From Vicugna vicugna (Eukaryota), in NCBI GenBank assembly GCA_013265495.1, contig MU058337.1:6678716-6742715 (forward strand): a DNA stretch of 64,000 nucleotides, in the 5' to 3' direction. The stretch's first letter is position 1; each line of letters opens with the position of its first letter. Of the stretch, positions 62,696 through 64,000 are shown in pieces. Position numbers and translations under genes: made by a program. The notes under the pieces were generated by a model. The model did not search any database and had not been told where the DNA came from. It saw only the letters and a list, made by a program, of their open reading frames with translations.

Positions 62696-63766
62696 ATGGA
62701 CAATTTCACGACACATTCTCCAGCTCCTCAGGAAAGCGAGTGCGATCTCTATGCACACCACGACACAGCCAGGATACTCATGCCTCTGCATTACAGCATC
62801 GTCTTCATGATTGGGCTCGTGGGAAACTTGTTAGCCTTGACTGTCATTATTCAAAACAGGAAAAAAATCAACTCCACCACTCTATATTCAACCAACTTGG
62901 TGATTTCAGACATACTTTTTACCACTGCTCTGCCTACACGGATAGCCTACTACGCGCTGGGCTTTGACTGGAGAATCGGCGAGGCCTTGTGTAGGATAAC
63001 TGCTGTCGTGTTTTACATCAACACCTATGCGGGCGTGAACTTCATGACCTGCCTAAGTATTGACCGGTTCTTTGCAGTGGTGCACCCGCTGCGGTACAAC
63101 AAGATGAAAAGAATCGAACACGCAAAATGCATTTGCATATTTGTCTGGATTCTAGTATTTGCTCAAACACTCCCGCTACTCATAAAACCCATGTCTAAGC
63201 AGGAGAATGAAAGGATTACATGCATGGAATATCCAAACTTTGAAGAAACAGAATCCCTTCCCTGGATTCTGCTTGGTGCATGTTTCATAGGATATGTACT
63301 TCCGCTCGTAATCATTCTTATCTGCTACTCTCAAATCTGCTGCAAACTCTTTAAAACTGCCAAACAAAACCCACTAACTGAGAAATCCGGTGTAAACAAA
63401 AAGGCTCTCAACACCATTATTTTTATAATTGTTGTGTTTGTTGTCTGTTTCACACCTTACCATGTTGCAATTATTCAACACATGATTAAGAAGCTTCGTT
63501 TTCCTGATCTCCTGGAATGTAGCCAAAGACATTCATTCCAGATATCTCTGCACTTTACAGTGTGCCTGATGAACTTCAATTGCTGCATGGACCCTTTTAT
63601 ATATTTCTTTGCATGCAAAGGGTACAAGAGAAAGGTTATGAAGATGCTGAAACGTCAAGTCAGTGTATCAATTTCCAGTGCCGTGAAGTCGGCCCCTGAA
63701 GAAAACTCACGTGAAATGACAGAAACTCAAACGATGATACATTCCAAGTCTTTAAATGAAAAATAA
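62696..63766 (+). CDS. GPR183: G protein-coupled receptor 183 (EBI2, oxysterol receptor), 356 aa, single coding exon
   Basis: Intact 7TM class A GPCR (GN in TM1, DRF, CFTPY, DPFIY). CDLYAHH...NRKKINSTTLYSTNLVISDILFTTALPTRIAYY...VSVSISSAVKSAPEENSREMTETQ is recognisably GPR183. Acceptor tttttttccag| at 62665. ATG 62696 has a strong Kozak context (AACATGG). Confidence 0.98.
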   Translation: MDNFTTHSPAPQESECDLYAHHDTARILMPLHYSIVFMIGLVGNLLALTVIIQNRKKINSTTLYSTNLVISDILFTTALPTRIAYYALGFDWRIGEALCRITAVVFYINTYAGVNFMTCLSIDRFFAVVHPLRYNKMKRIEHAKCICIFVWILVFAQTLPLLIKPMSKQENERITCMEYPNFEETESLPWILLGACFIGYVLPLVIILICYSQICCKLFKTAKQNPLTEKSGVNKKALNTIIFIIVVFVVCFTPYHVAIIQHMIKKLRFPDLLECSQRHSFQISLHFTVCLMNFNCCMDPFIYFFACKGYKRKVMKMLKRQVSVSISSAVKSAPEENSREMTETQTMIHSKSLNEK

Positions 63767-63979
63767 AAAGGAATTAAACCTTGGATTTATAGCAAAGGAA
63801 ACTGTATGATAAATTTTGCAGAACTTTTCTTATAAAGCAAAATGACTGTTCAACTTCCAACTGGGATTATTCTAAATTCCTTTCATTGGGCACTATTTCT
63901 CACCTCCAACTTGGAAGCAAACTGATAAATATGTATTTTTTATACTTGAGAACAACATCAAGCAAAGTTCTACTTTGTA

Positions 63980-63985
63980 AATAAA
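63980..63985 (+). other. Candidate polyadenylation signal AATAAA in the GPR183 3'UTR
   Basis: AATAAA about 214 nt after the stop codon. Downstream elements lie outside the window, so use is unproven. Confidence 0.3.
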
Positions 63986-64000
63986 ATACTATACCAAAAG

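Noticed and set aside
62641..62967. 108-aa alternative-frame ORF overlapping GPR183
   Set aside because: Its ATG is intronic in the main isoform and I recognise no homology.
1..64000. CRISPR arrays, operons or other prokaryote-type systems; GPR18
   Set aside because: The sequence is mammalian intronic DNA with no regularly spaced repeat-spacer array. There is no second GPCR ORF in the window; GPR18 would be expected further right.

Overview
Mammalian genomic DNA, most likely a camelid (a Vic-1-like tRNA-derived SINE and a cetartiodactyl-type L1 3' end are present), covering the nested UBAC2/GPR183 locus. On the minus strand are four coding exons of UBAC2 (46103-46226, 42523-42570, 22560-22805, 292-414; equivalent to human exons 5-8), all with canonical GT-AG boundaries and a continuous reading frame. 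On the plus strand, inside the UBAC2 intron upstream of exon 5, is GPR183/EBI2: a probable short non-coding exon 1 (~51641-51693, with an upstream ETS-IRF composite motif), an ~11 kb intron and a single coding exon (CDS 62696-63766, 356 aa). The remainder is intronic sequence rich in decayed repeats (L1, L2, MIR, CR1-like, MLT1/ERV LTRs, MER20, Tigger1, Charlie-like). Repeat families were assigned by eye from remembered consensus sequences, and boundaries are approximate unless a TSD is given. I found no convincing previously undescribed biological system. The items most worth a second look are a chimeric TSD-bounded ERV element carrying an env-like transmembrane tail, an ATG-to-ACG change and a possible alternative acceptor at the GPR183 N-terminus, and an apparent flip in L1 orientation inside the GPR183 intron.
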